Position numbers and translations under genes: made by a program. DNA of 64,000 nucleotides, taken from assembly GCF_001447785.1 (NCBI RefSeq), contig NW_015169179.1, positions 95,069-159,068 on the forward strand, given 5' to 3'. The DNA is from Gekko japonicus (Eukaryota). The notes under the pieces are model-generated. The model saw nothing but the letters and a program-made list of their open reading frames with translations, searched no databases and was not told the origin of the DNA. Within the stretch, counting starts at the first letter, position 1. Every line of letters starts with the position of its first letter. Shown here one piece after another: positions 1 to 12,050 of the stretch.

Positions 1-693
1 GGCAGACTCAGCATGGGTTCTGTAAGGGAAGATCTTGTCTTACTAACCTGATAAGTGTTCTTTGAGGGAGTGACAAGGGGGACCCAATAGATGTTGTTTA
101 CCTTGACTTCCAGAAAACATTTGATAAAGTTCCTCATCAAAGGCTTAAGTAAGCTCAATAGTCACGGGATAAAAGGACAAGTCCTTTTGTGGATCAAAAA
201 CTGGCTATTTAATAGGAAACAGAGAGTGAGTATAAATGGGAAATTTTCTCAGTGGATGGTGGTAAGCAGTGGGGTACCACAGGGATCAGTACTCGGTCCA
301 ATGCTTTTTAACTTGTTTATTAATGATTTGGAGTTGGGAGTAAGCAGTGAAGTGGCTAAATTTGCAGATGACACGAAGCTGTTCCAGGTGGTGAGAACCA
401 GGGAGGATTGTGAGGCACTCCAAAGGGATCTGTCAAGGATGGATGAGTGGGTGTCAACATGGCAAATGGAGTTCAATGTGGCCAAGTACAAAGTGATGCA
501 CATTGGAGCCAAAAATCCTAACTATAAATACACGTTGATGGGATCCAAACTGGTAGAGACTGGCCAACGCTATGCTGGGAATTATTAGGAAGGGTATTGA
601 AAACAGATCAGCCAATATCATAATACCCCAGTATAAATAGATGGTGCAATCTCATTTGGAGTACTGTGTACAGTTCTGGTCACCACACCTCAA
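1..693 (+). mobile_element. CR1 LINE ORF2 reverse-transcriptase fragment (degenerate), interrupted at ~693
   Basis: ORF 91..588 has SSGVPQGSVLGPMLFNLFINDL and KFADDTKL RT motifs; continues to LEYCVQFWSPHL, typical of the CR1 ORF2 C-terminus; frameshifted. Confidence 0.95.
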
Positions 694-1504
694 CACACTA
701 AAAATCCAGACATTATTTTTTGATAATTTAGAGGACAGATTTGCTTTAAAGGTAGAAAACCTACTTAAACGTATGTCAGAACAACTGCAGGACCTTACCA
801 AAAATGTGCAAAAGATATCTCAGACTGCCGATACAGCACTAGAACACTGCATAACTTTGCAAAATGAAGTGCAAGATTTGTACTCTAGAGAAACCTGGGT
901 AAGTTCCAAAGTTATGGAACTTGAAAATGCGTCACGATTTCATAATTTAAAATTCCGTGTGTTCCCAGAGTCTTGTGAAGGGACTACAGAGCTCACCACT
1001 TTTATTGCTACTTGGCTATCCACCATTTTAAAGTTAGAGGCGGGAATTGCGCCATTCGTAGACCGTGCTTACAGAACGGGCCCTCGTAGAAACAACAATC
1101 CCACTTTGGCAAGAGATATTGTAGTTCGCTTTCCAGACTTTCGCACGAGAAATAAATTTCTCAAGGAAGCTAACGCTAGTAAAATGTTCATCTATGAAGA
1201 CAAAACAATTCAAGTGTTCCAAGATTTAACTCCTGAAACCCTGCAACGACGCAGAGACATGAAAGCAATTACAAAATGCCTGCAAGAAACAAAAATCGCA
1301 TATCAATGGTCTCCCACCAGCAGACTGCTGGTTTTAAACGATGGCAAAGCATTTACCGCCACAGACTTAACAAGTGGAACTACTTTACTGCAAGCTTTGG
1401 ATCTTAAGCTTCCACCTGATCTACGACCTTGTTCTAAAGCAGAAGTAGAATGTCTTGCACAACAATCGCGCTGGAAGAGGATCAACCCTAAACATCGCAC
1501 TTGA
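694..1504 (+). mobile_element. L1-clade ORF1p (coiled-coil, RRM, CTD) region of an ORF1-only/HAL1-like element inserted in CR1
   Basis: Heptad-rich N-part, then ELENASRFHNLKFRVFPE, DRAYR, RDIVVRF, IQVFQDLTPETLQRRR: hallmark L1 ORF1p motifs; stop-free over about 270 codons. Confidence 0.88.
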
Positions 1505-1511
1505 TTACTAC

Positions 1512-1800
1512 ATTAGCTAAAATTCAAGAAGAAGAGATTAAAATATTGAAAGATGTTCCATACGAAATACGTAAGAAAAGGAAGCAATACAGAAATATTA
1601 CAGCATTTCTTCAAAAGAACAATGTCCAGTACAGATGGATTTTTCCAGAAGGACTTATATTCAACTTCAATGAGAAGAAGGAAAAGATTGACTATTAAAA
1701 GGAGAATTTTTTCTTAAACAACAACAAGCCCCGACCAAACAAAGAAATGGAGCAGAGAAAGGGAAGGCAACGAGAAAAAACAGCAAACAACAGAAATCCG
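1512..1800 (+). mobile_element. Second, divergent L1 ORF1p C-terminal-domain fragment
   Basis: EIKILKDVPYEIRKKRKQY...LQKNNVQYRWIFPEGLIFNF resembles the ORF1p CTD of another L1 family. Confidence 0.7.
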
Positions 1801-1811
1801 ATACTACTTAA

Positions 1812-2131
1812 GAGAAATCAGTTTGGTGTAGTGGTTAAGAGCCAGTTTAGTGTAGTGGTTAAGTGCGCGGACTCTTAATCTGGGAGAACCGGGTTTGATT
1901 CCCCACTCCTCCACTTACACCTGGCTGGATGGCCTTGGGCAAGCCTTAGCTCTGATAAGAGCTGTTCTTGAAAAAGAGCAGTTTCTGTCAAGAGCTCTCT
2001 GAGCCTCGCCTACCTCACAGGGTGTCTGTTGTGGGGAGGGGAAGGGAAAGGAGTTTGTAAGCCGCTCTGAGACACCTTTGGGTAGTGAAGGGCAGGGTAT
2101 AAATTCAATCACTTCTTCTTCTTCTTCTTCT
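1812..2131 (+). mobile_element. tRNA-derived SINE (Squam3-like) with duplicated A-box head and (TTC)n tail
   Basis: agtttggtgtagtggttaag A box (twice), ggtttgattccc B box, body ending gggtataaat then (TTC)n; near-identical to copies at 38251 and 51924. Confidence 0.88.
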
Positions 2132-2167
2132 TCTACTACTACTACTAGAGGAGAGGAGGAGGAGACT

Positions 2168-2200
<33 letters not shown>
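2112..2200. repeat. Compound microsatellite (TTC)n-(CTA)n-(GAG)n-(CTA)n
   Basis: Directly visible. Confidence 0.95.
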
Positions 2201-2203
<3 letters not shown>

Positions 2204-2590
2204 CATGTCTTTGGGGAAAATTTTTGACTTTGACTCAAATTCCGATCTAGGAGTAGCTGTTCCCAGAACCTTTAAAGTAAATCTCCCCTGGCAAAAGAAG
2301 ACAAAAAGTAAAACCAAGAAGAAACCTAAGTGAAGATCTGAGATTGCCTATGTTGACATTTAATGAATTCATATTATCATCCAGATGTGATATAATACCA
2401 AAAATGCCTTTTTATTCTTTCTACTTGAATACTTTTATTAGTATTTAAATGATTGAATGTAACTTTTAACATGTAGATAAATATCCAAAGCGTATGAATA
2501 GCTTATCAAAGTACCTTGTTACTCTCTTCTGTAGTTTTAGTTTTGTAGTGTGTAGTGGAAAATCAATAAAAATTATATATATATTTATAA

Positions 2591-3126
2591 AGAAGGGTTA
2601 AAATGCTTGGGGCTCTTTAGCTTGGAGAAACGACGGCTGAGGGGTGACATGATTGAGGTTATAAGATTATGCATCGGATAGAGCAGGTTGAGAAAGAAGC
2701 ACTTTTCTCCCTTTTTCACAATACAAGAACTCGTGGACACTCAATGAAATTGCTGAGCAGTCAGGTTAGAACAGATAAAAGGAAGTACTTCACCCAAAGA
2801 GTGGAATTCACATGGAATTCACTGCCACAGGAGGTGGTGGTGGCTACAAGCGTGGGCAGCTTCAAGAGGGAATTAGATAAGCATATGGAGCAGAAGTCCA
2901 TCAGTGACTATTAGCCACAATGTACAGATTGGAATTCTCAGGCTGGGGCAAGTGATGCTGTGTATTCTTGGTGCTTGGGGGGGGCAACAGTGGGAGGGCT
3001 TCTAGTGTTCTGGCCCCACTGGTGGACCTTCTGATGGCACCTGGTATTTTTGCCACTGTGCGACAGAGTGTTGGACTAGATGGGCCATTGGCCTGATCCA
3101 ACATTGGTTTCTCTTATGTTCTTAAG
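2591..3126 (+). mobile_element. CR1 LINE 3' end (continuation of the 1..693 copy)
   Basis: LFSLEKRRLRGDM and TRGHSMKL...WNSLPQEVV peptide, CR1 3'UTR and ttctcttatgttctt terminal repeat. Confidence 0.93.
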
Positions 3127-4654
3127 TAACATACCTCAGATGTGTCTTTGTATATTTCTGGGAATCAGTGAGGTTATTTGTTTATTTATTACTTCAATTT
3201 CTATCCCGCTCTCCCCACAATGTTCTGAAAATTTTACTGGGTTTAAGGAGGGGTAGCTCTTCTCTCTACAGTGTACCACACTTCAAAAATGTATGAAAGT
3301 CGCATATCATACTGGTACATATGATCCAGGAGTGGAGCCTGGTGTGCTTGTCTTAGTAATCCATCCTTGTTCAAACGTTAAAAGTTGCTGGGGCTGTGCT
3401 TCTTACAGTTTGCAGGTTTCCTAATACAACTTTTTAAAAGTCATCATGATGGGAAAGAGCATGAAAACCCCCCACAAGAAATGCTCTTTCAAGGCAGACT
3501 TGGTTGTGGTCTCTGGATGCACCAAGTCTTGTGCAACTCTTGCAATATTTATATTTTTAAAGCAGAAAACTTGAAGGCATGTGTGATTTAAGATGGATTA
3601 CATAGGGGTACTGAAATTATCAGACAGACAGGCGTGAGTGTTTCATGGTAAAGATAGCAGACTTCTGTTTTTAAGAGCCAACCTCTGTGCAATGGCCTAT
3701 CAACACATATGGATTGTCAATTTCTGTTTTAAGAAAAACTCAATGATTTGTTGTTGTGATATTAGTGATATGATCATTAATATCATTATTTTTTTACAAA
3801 ATTCATATCCTGCCTTTCTGCTGAATCAGGGCCATTAAGGAGGCTAACAATTAAAAACAGAACGTTATAAAAACAAACTATAAAACTTTACCCTAAGTTT
3901 CAGGAATGTGGGCTAGGCCATTGCCTGATTGGGCTTGTGGAAGATAAGTGGCTTTACCTTAAAACAGCCACTGCCAGAGGAATGAAAAGGGATGAAAGTA
4001 AATGCGGCTCTTTTAATTGATGGTAATTATGAGAGTGGCTCTCCAAGAACTGAGAACTGATTACCACTGTGGTAGACATTCCTACACTCCTCTCTCAATC
4101 CTGCTCATCTTCTTTCAATACTACATGTGCATTGCAGTCCAAAACTGACACAGAGAGGAACCTGGTCAAAGTTGTCTGGAGTAAAAGCAGCTTTATTTTT
4201 GACAGCAAAAATGACACCCATGTCTCCTTCCTTGAAATTGCAGCACAGTGGCTGCATTCAGTAAATAAGACAATATTGGATAAAAGGATTGTGGAGATGT
4301 GTAGCTCTGCCCTTCAGGAAAGTAGGACTGACTTGACACATCATCATCACAGTGTGGACAAAGGAGCAGGACAGTGGGTCTGCCAGCTGCATCCTCACTT
4401 GGTCCCTACATGTCCAGTTCAGTGACAATGTCACATTTGTACCTGCTACAGGCAGGATCTCATGGGTGAGAAGGGGACACAATCTCTGTCTGCATTGCCT
4501 ACAGGAGCAGTAGTGCCATTCGTGAAAAAAACAGTAAAAGGCAGAATGAAATGTTACATGTAATTGTTTGATTTTATAGAGATTTTTTTGCAGTTTATAA
4601 AATGCAGCTGCCAAGTCTGGGTTTTGAAGTCGCCAATGAAAGGAAAAAGGGGCT

Positions 4655-5990
4655 TCCAGTGGAGATGTAGTGGCGGGCTGATGCCTTCACAGGGAGTGAA
4701 GACAAAACACAGCTAATTACTAGCTAGGAGGGCTCTCTGGCCGGCCGGCAAAATCTTGCTTGATCAAAGGGAGATCAAAGAGCTAAACCACACATACCTC
4801 TTTAGATTGCTTCTTGGGTATTTTCTGCTGAGTGGAGCCTTTACAGACACCTCCCAAGTTAGAGCGATCTGAGGTCCTGGGATTTACAACTTTGCTCCTG
4901 GCTGTGTTTGGAATCCTGATGACTAAAGCCTGACCTCCTCTGCTTTTTAAGATTTATGGACACATTTATCTACAGCCAAAGAGAGATTTTCTTGAAGACA
5001 AAAGAAACAACCCCTGCTAAGGTAACCTCTCATGGGATTATAAAAACCTTTAAAAATATTTTGAAATAATAACTCTGGCAAAAACTGTAATTAAGAAATC
5101 AGGAAAGCCAAACGGATGCGGGATTAATTAATTTCCCCATTCCTAATTTTTACTCTTTAATTTTATTTTTGATGGAAGTGCACATGTGTGAAACCTTTTT
5201 GGCTGTGAAGACAAATCTGCCATCAAACTGTTCTTCTATTTACTTAACAGAAGATAGGGCTCTGAGACATTCTTGGACTATTTGACCTTGGTTGCCAAAG
5301 TGAAAGGATACAAACCCTTGACTGCTAAAAGTGAAAGTAACTGATTTGAAAACATTTTGGAGTACTTGTTTTTATTTTTTTATTTTTTTGTTGCCATGGT
5401 GAAAAGACACAAATTGCTGATAGCTAAACGTGAAAGTATTTTATTTGAAAATTGTGTCTTTTTTGGGGGGGGTATCTTGGATCTTATGCTGTAATGAGTT
5501 CCAGAAAGAATCTTGACGGGGAAGGTTTATCAGACCAACCTGTCACAGATATAATGTAGAAATTACTGAAACAAATGGGACACAGAATAGAGCATAAAAT
5601 GAGAATCTTGGAAACAGCAGATACAGCTAAATTTATAGTACTGGTTAGGGAAAAGATAATTACTTATTAGAGATTGCATGAAAAAGATAAGGATGATTTG
5701 TGGTTTTTCTGAATAAGAAATGTGCTTAAGGGGAATTAAAAAGAGAGAGAGTTATTGTTTCTATATAAGCAAGGACAATTCTGTAACTAAAATCATATTT
5801 GTTGTAGAGAAAATTGGAAGCCTTGTATGTCCCCCGTCCTTTTTTATCCCTCCCCCTTTTTTCTTTTTTCTATTTTGCCTGTTTTTGTTTTTAGGCTGTA
5901 TTTCGTTGAAGTTTGTGTATGGTTTCATTTTTTTTCCTGTTATGTCTCCCAGTTTTATTTCTCTAATAAAAATTAAAATTTCAAAAAAAA
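4655..5990 (+). mobile_element. Degenerate, internally deleted L1-like element with A-rich 3' end
   Basis: GC-richer 5' part, decayed ORF2-terminal-like segment near 5480-5720, T-rich 3'UTR, AATAAA and poly-A at about 5965-5990; boundaries approximate. Confidence 0.5.
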
Positions 5991-6344
5991 GAGAGAAAGA
6001 GGGGTTTCAAACCGTTTTTCCTAGCACTGGTTTTCCAGGGACAGTCACCATTCTGATCTGTGTTTATTCCCCCTTCTGAGAAAAACATATGGGTCCTTCT
6101 CTTCTATTTCCCACTGGCCTCCCCTTCCAACTTCAGCCCTGCATTTTGTACAATCACATCCTTACAGAAACTCAGAGATGTAATGGAGGGGGTCTTTGAA
6201 ACAGATACCACTTCATCAAGAAAGCTGTTAGTCTTAAGGGTGCCACAAAAACAACAGGGAGACTAATGGTGTCATAAAGACTAACAGATTTATTCTTATG
6301 TAAGAGTGGTATCCATTAGATGCATGAGTCAGCAGATAGCTGTA

Positions 6345-8160
6345 TAACATAAGAACATAAGAGAAGCCAGTGTTGGATCAGGCCAATGGCCCATCCAGTC
6401 CAACACTCTGTCACACAGTGGCCAAAAATACCAGTTGATATCAGGACGTCCAGCAGTGGGGCCAGGACACTAGGAGCCCTCACGCTATTGACCCCCCCCA
6501 AGCACCAAAAATACAGAGCATCACTTGTCCCAGAGTTCCTATCTATACCTTGTGGCTAATAGCCACCGATGGACCTCTGCTCCATATGCTTATCTAATTC
6601 CCTCTTGAAGCAGTCCATGCTTGTAGCCGCCACCACCTCCTGTGGCAGTGAAGTCCATGTGTTAATCACTCTTTGGGTGAAGAAGTACTTCCTTTTATCT
6701 GTTCTAACCCGACCACTCAGCAATTTCATTGAGTGCCCACGAGTTCTTGTATTGTGAGAAAGGGAGAAAAGTACCTCTTTCTCTACCTGCTCTATCCCAT
6801 GCATAATCTTACCAATCATGTCACCCCTCAGTCGTCGTTTCTCCAAGATAAAGATCCTCAAGCGTTTTAACCTTTCTTCATAGGGAAAGTGTTCCAACCC
6901 TTTTATCATTCTAGTTGCCCTTTTCTGCACTTTTTCCAAGCTATAATATCATTTTTGAGGTGTGGTGACCAAAACTGTACACAGCATTCCAAATGAGGTC
7001 GCACCATTGATTTATATAGGGGCATTATGATACTGGCTGATCTGTTTTCAATACCCTTCCTAATAATCCCCAGCATAGCATTGGCCTTTTCTATTGTAGT
7101 CACACACTGTCTCGACATTTTCATTTCCACCGCTTAAAGGAATCCTTTTTACCTTTTACAGCTTCCATTACTTTGTTTGTTAACCATGCAGGCTTTTTTC
7201 TGTACCTGTTTGTGCCTTTCCTAACCTGCGGAATATATATATATTTTTGAGCTTCTAGGATCGTAGTTTTAAATAGTTTCCAAGCTTCCCCAATGGTTTT
7301 GACCCTTTCTACTTTTCCTTTCAGTTTCTTCCTCACATGTCCCCTCATAAGTTACCCCTTTTAAAGTTAAAAGTGCTTGTGTCAGTCTTTTTGGACAGCT
7401 CCCTATTTATACAAATGTTGAACTCAATAACATTATGATCACTGTTCCCAAGTGGTGCAATCACTTTTACATCTTTCACCAGGTCTTGGGCGTTACTTAT
7501 GACCAAATCCAGGATCGCCTCTCCCCTGGTAGGTTTTGTGACCATCTGCTCCATAGCACAGTAATTGAGAGTGTCTAGAAACTCAATCTCTTTTTCCTGA
7601 CTTGAACACATATTGACCCAATCAATGTGTGGGTAGTTAAAATCACCTGTTATGACAGAGTTTTTTTGTCTAGCCACTATCTTTAATTCATTCATCATTT
7701 TATAATCCTCCTCTATCTTTTGATCTGGTGGGCGGTAACAAACTCCCATTGTTAAGTTTCCTTTTGGGCCCACTATTTCAACCCACAGCATTTCCAGAAG
7801 TGAATCCAATTCTCTTACCCTCTCAATCTTACTGGACTGTATACCCACTCTGACATACAGAGCCACCCCACCTTCAACCCTTCCCCCCCATCCTTCCGAT
7901 ATAATATATAACCGGGAATCACCGTATCCAACTGATTTTCCTCATTCCACCAAGTTTCTGAAATACCCACAATGTCTATTCCCCCCCCCCCCATCACCAA
8001 GCACTCCAACTCCCCAATTTTACCTCGGACACTTCTAGCATTTGTATGGAAACACCTATAATTTCCCATACATGTTAAGCCTGCAACCTTCCTCTTGCTC
8101 TCTTGAGACCTTGTCAGGCAGTCCATATCACTAGCCATAGTCTCACTAACAGAGTCTAAC
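6345..8160 (-). mobile_element. CR1 LINE with internal deletion: APE endonuclease region joined to the 3' end, RT core missing
   Basis: ORFs show TNARS, GISETWW, GVCYRPP, GDFNYP, LGNSDHN (endonuclease), then jump at ~7121 to RPHLECCVQFWSPHL and the CR1 3'UTR. Confidence 0.92.
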
Positions 8161-8271
8161 AGAGAGAGGGAGGAAAAGTTGTGGATAACGGACACACAGA
8201 GGGAGAAAAGGTTGTGGATTGTGCAATTAAAATTTGCATTTCATGACTTCTTAATTCCACTGTACACAATT

Positions 8272-8476
8272 CTAGGGTTCCTAGCTCTGAGTCTGGAAAT
8301 TCCTGGAGATCTTGGGGCTGAACCCTGGGGAGGGGAGGAAGCTCAGTGACATATAATCCCATAGAGTCCATTTTCTAAAGCAGTCATTTGCTCCAGGGAA
8401 ACTAACCTCTGCAGCTGGGAGACCAGTTGTAATTCTGGGAGACCTCCAGGCACCACCTGGAGGCTGGTAGTCCTAC
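8272..8476. mobile_element. Degenerate TAGGG-terminal non-autonomous DNA transposon (hAT-like MITE)
   Basis: tagggttcc...ggtagtccta ends; body similar to 28116..28372. Confidence 0.55.
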
Positions 8477-8871
8477 AGATCTGCTGACTGAGGTTTCACT
8501 TCATACAGCTGATGAAGAAGACACTGGCCCATGAAAGCTTATGCTGCAATGAAGCTTTAAGGGGGCACAAGAGTTCTGTTTCTTTTTGTGGGAACAAAGT
8601 AACGTGGATGTCCCGCCCCCTCAAATCACCAGTAGGGTTTGTTTTGAGCATGTGGCATGTTGCAACCTCTCTCTGAATACAACCACTGCTAAGCCCAGTT
8701 CCTCATGGAAACAGCTTACTCATTTCCTTGTGTGCTATTTTCTTCCCCTAAAACTGAGTTGCTGGAATTGCCAGTCAAAGAGACGGGGCATGTGATTAAT
8801 GTGTAAAACAAGATGATCGGTAACTGTGACCATCTAGGGAGAAAGCAAGTGGGTTGCTGCATTCAGAAACT

Positions 8872-8991
8872 TATAAATAGTCACAACAGCGGTCTTTATA
8901 GGTAGGAGAATGTCAACACCGCTGCCACTGGCCTTGCCTTAGGTGGTACCAGAAGCTCCTTTCACCTCCATCACTATTCCATCTCTTGAAG
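8872..8991 (+). promoter_or_regulatory. TM4SF19: Candidate TM4SF19 TATA box and non-coding first exon
   Basis: TATAAAT at 8872-8878; consensus donor AG|GTAAGT after 8991; the first coding exon is preceded by an acceptor at 10539-10540, so an upstream exon is expected. Confidence 0.5.
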
Positions 8992-10232
8992 GTAAGTGAA
9001 AAAGAATGAAGAATGGCTTTCCAATGAAGAATACCTCCAGCACAGGAATATCCATGAAGATCAAGGGAGTACCTGCAGCAATTTTCCTGCCATGCCCTAA
9101 CCATTGCATAGAGATGTGGTATTGAGTTACTGGTGCATGTACAGTGTTAAAGAAAAGAAACGGTGATTCTTTAATTGCCTAGGCAGGTCCTCATTTAGTC
9201 CTCAGGATACCTCCCAGAGATGGTCCAATAGCAACTTAATGCAGCATTTTATCCGGAAAAAGCAGATGCTCCCAAAGGACTTTGGCTTCCCACTGTGGGG
9301 GATAAATATTACAAGAGGATCTGTTCTTGAATTTAGGACATTACCAGCAAATGTAGTAGCTGTTTTGTAGGTGTGGGCTCATGACTCAGTGAAAGACTGT
9401 TTTGTGTGCAGGAAACCCACAGGAAACCCCAGCATCTCCTGTTAAAAGGATCAGGGAGCAGGTGCTGTGAACGACCTCTGCCTGAGACCCTGGAAAGTCA
9501 CTGCCAGAATAGATGAAACTGGCCTTGATAGTGCAGTCCTAAGCAGAGTTATATCTTTCTTTGCCCATTGTCAAGGGACTAAGAAGGGTAAACTCTAGTT
9601 AGGATTGCACTACAAGTGTCTGCCTGAGTATATTGCAGTTTAAGGCATGCCTTAATCGCTAATCTGGTGCCCACACTGGACTGCATTGGACTAAACATCA
9701 CAAGTATGGGAAGCTCTTGTTTTAAAGAACCAGTGGTGTTGTGGGACTTTGCAAGAGAGGGATGACCGTATATTATGCATTATCAGAGTCTATCTTCTGG
9801 CAGGAGGGAAAATAGCAAAGAATAGCAAACCTCTTTTATCATATTTTGCGAAGTCTAGTTGGAAATGTTTGAATGGGAAGAGGTGATGGATTCCTGGTGG
9901 AAGCACCGCTAGACCTATTGGAGCTGGAGGGGTACAGTGCAAGTAGGACGTATCAGTGGCTTTGATCCACTAGAGTGTTTCTGCAGACAGTAGATGTTCC
10001 ATCTGCGGGACACAACTTTCTCTTCCCCTCTCCCAATGCAGCCTGAAATGTCTCCTTGAAATACGGGAGTTTAGAGCAGGTATTTGGGGCTGCAGAGTCA
10101 GAGGTGAGGTGGGAAGGTGATGCTCTAAAAAAGGAAATCCTTTCATCTGTGGAAATGCTCTGATGGATCTAAGCTATTCTTTTTCTTCTGAAATTAGCCC
10201 AAGCTGAAGCCACATGGAGAATGCAATAACAC

Positions 10233-10492
10233 GTTTTATGATTGGTATAATGTAAATATAATAGAAGATTAGGCAATTATAGCACATTGGACTTGAGAAC
10301 ACAGAAGACAGAAGAATGGAAAGTGTCTGATAGAACATTTTTATTAATTAAGTAATTGGATATAAGCATACAATGTAACTGTACTCTTGGTATATATGTT
10401 ATGTGTAGTAGAGTGTCTGTAGTGTGTAGATTTGTTTGTTGTAGATTATAAAAGAAAAATTAATAAAAGTGTACCTATGGGTACTTAAAAAA
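10233..10492 (+). mobile_element. 5'-truncated L1 3' end with 16-bp target-site duplication
   Basis: GAGAATGCAATAACAC at 10217-10232 and 10493-10508; AATAAA at 10462 and A-tail. Confidence 0.85.
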
Positions 10493-10555
10493 GAGAATGC
10501 AATAACACCTCTTTCTTCCTTTCTTCATTTGACTTTGCAGGGCTCTCTGCCAGTA

Positions 10556-10732
10556 ATGTGTGTGGGGACATGCAGTCGAATTTTAGGCCCAGGCCTCCTT
10601 ACCTTGGGTCTGCTTTCCATCATTGCCAATATTTTCCTACTCTTCCCCAGCTGGGAATGGCAGTATCTAACAATGGGCCGCATCACTAAAAATGCTATGA
10701 TAGTACCAGGAGTGTGGGGAGGCGGACTGCTG
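10556..10732 (+). CDS. TM4SF19: Transmembrane 4 L six family member 19, coding exon 1
   Basis: MCVGTCSRILG...PGVWGGGLL, L6-family N-terminus; acceptor at 10539-10540, donor GTAAGT at 10733; 177 bp. Confidence 0.88.
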
Positions 10733-11814
10733 GTAAGTGGGCATGTCCTTGTCAAGTATTGATCTATCCATTTCTATCCCATATTTCTGCTAGGAGGCTC
10801 CGAGTGGCATACATAGTTCACCCTCTCATTTTTATGAGGTAGGTTAGACACAGAGAGTCAAGATCATCAGGTGAGTTTCATAGCTGAGAGGAAATCTGAA
10901 TTTGTGCCACCCGAGGGCTAGTCTGACACTCCAAGCATTACTAGACAATTCTATCATTACATACTTAAAAGGGCTGCTTAACAGCCATTCCTTCTTCCCA
11001 AGGAGCCTTTGGGACAGTGGTTTTGTGAGTAGACTTTGGGTTTTCTAACAGCACCTACATGCAAGTGAAACTGGTAGAAAGCTAATGTAATTGTGCACTA
11101 TAGATAGATTACGTGCAAAACTCTGTTTTGCACTGCAATTACAATATAGATTCTGGGGAAAGTACCACACATTTGTAGTGATTTTTTTGTTGGTGGGGTG
11201 ATGCTCATGGTGGTTTACTGCTTTTGTAAACCATCTTTCAAAGACCCCATGGAAGATGAGAAAACAAAAATATTAACAATAAACATTAAAACAGATATAA
11301 TTTAAAATATGATTACAAAATATAGTTACATAGCATCAATGTATCTAATTCTCAGCATGCCCCATCTGTGGATACTTAAATCCAGAGACTGGTACCATGA
11401 ACAGACAAGCCAGATCTTTCTATAAACCTGAGAAAAGTCCTAGGTTTGCAAAAAAATCTGAGGGGAAAATACACTGGGGGTTAGCCACCCCGTGATACGT
11501 GATAGAAGCAGAGCATGTAGCTTTGAAAAATGAGTGCCCTCTGAGACCTCAGTATCTATTGTGGGGGTTGCTGGACAAGCATAACAATATTGCTAGCCTT
11601 CAAGCCTTAATTGCTTTCAGTAAAAGGCTAAGGGGAGGGTCTATTTTGGCCTCCCAGCCCATTTCTGCTCCCTTCTCTCCTACCTTGGAGGGAGGATTCA
11701 TCAGAACCAGACCCGGCAGTCACCAACAGGTGACTCCCTGCCGCACAACTTGCATGACTCACCCAGGCCCAGACACAACCATCTGGCAACTGACTACTAC
11801 TCAACAGCAGCCAC

Positions 11815-12050
11815 TGTATGAAAGCCGGTGTGGTTTGGTGTGAAGAGTATCAGACTAAGATTTGAGAAACCCAGGGCTGAATTCCTGTTCTGGAATGACT
11901 GGGTGATCTTTGTCCAGTCTCACTCGTTCACTGCATAAACTACCTCATGGTTGTTGTAGGATAAAATGGAGGAGAGGAGAACAATATAAGTTGTTTTCGG
12001 TCCCCATTGGGGAGGAAGGCAGAGTATACATTAAATAAATAAATAATAAA
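11815..12050 (+). mobile_element. Older tRNA-derived SINE copy
   Basis: gtgtggtttggtgtgaagag head, ctacctcatggttgttgtaggataaaatgg body, (TAAA)n tail. Confidence 0.6.

Noticed and set aside
1818-1915. tRNA-like A and B boxes
   Set aside because: Head of a multi-copy SINE followed by SINE body and tail; not a tRNA gene
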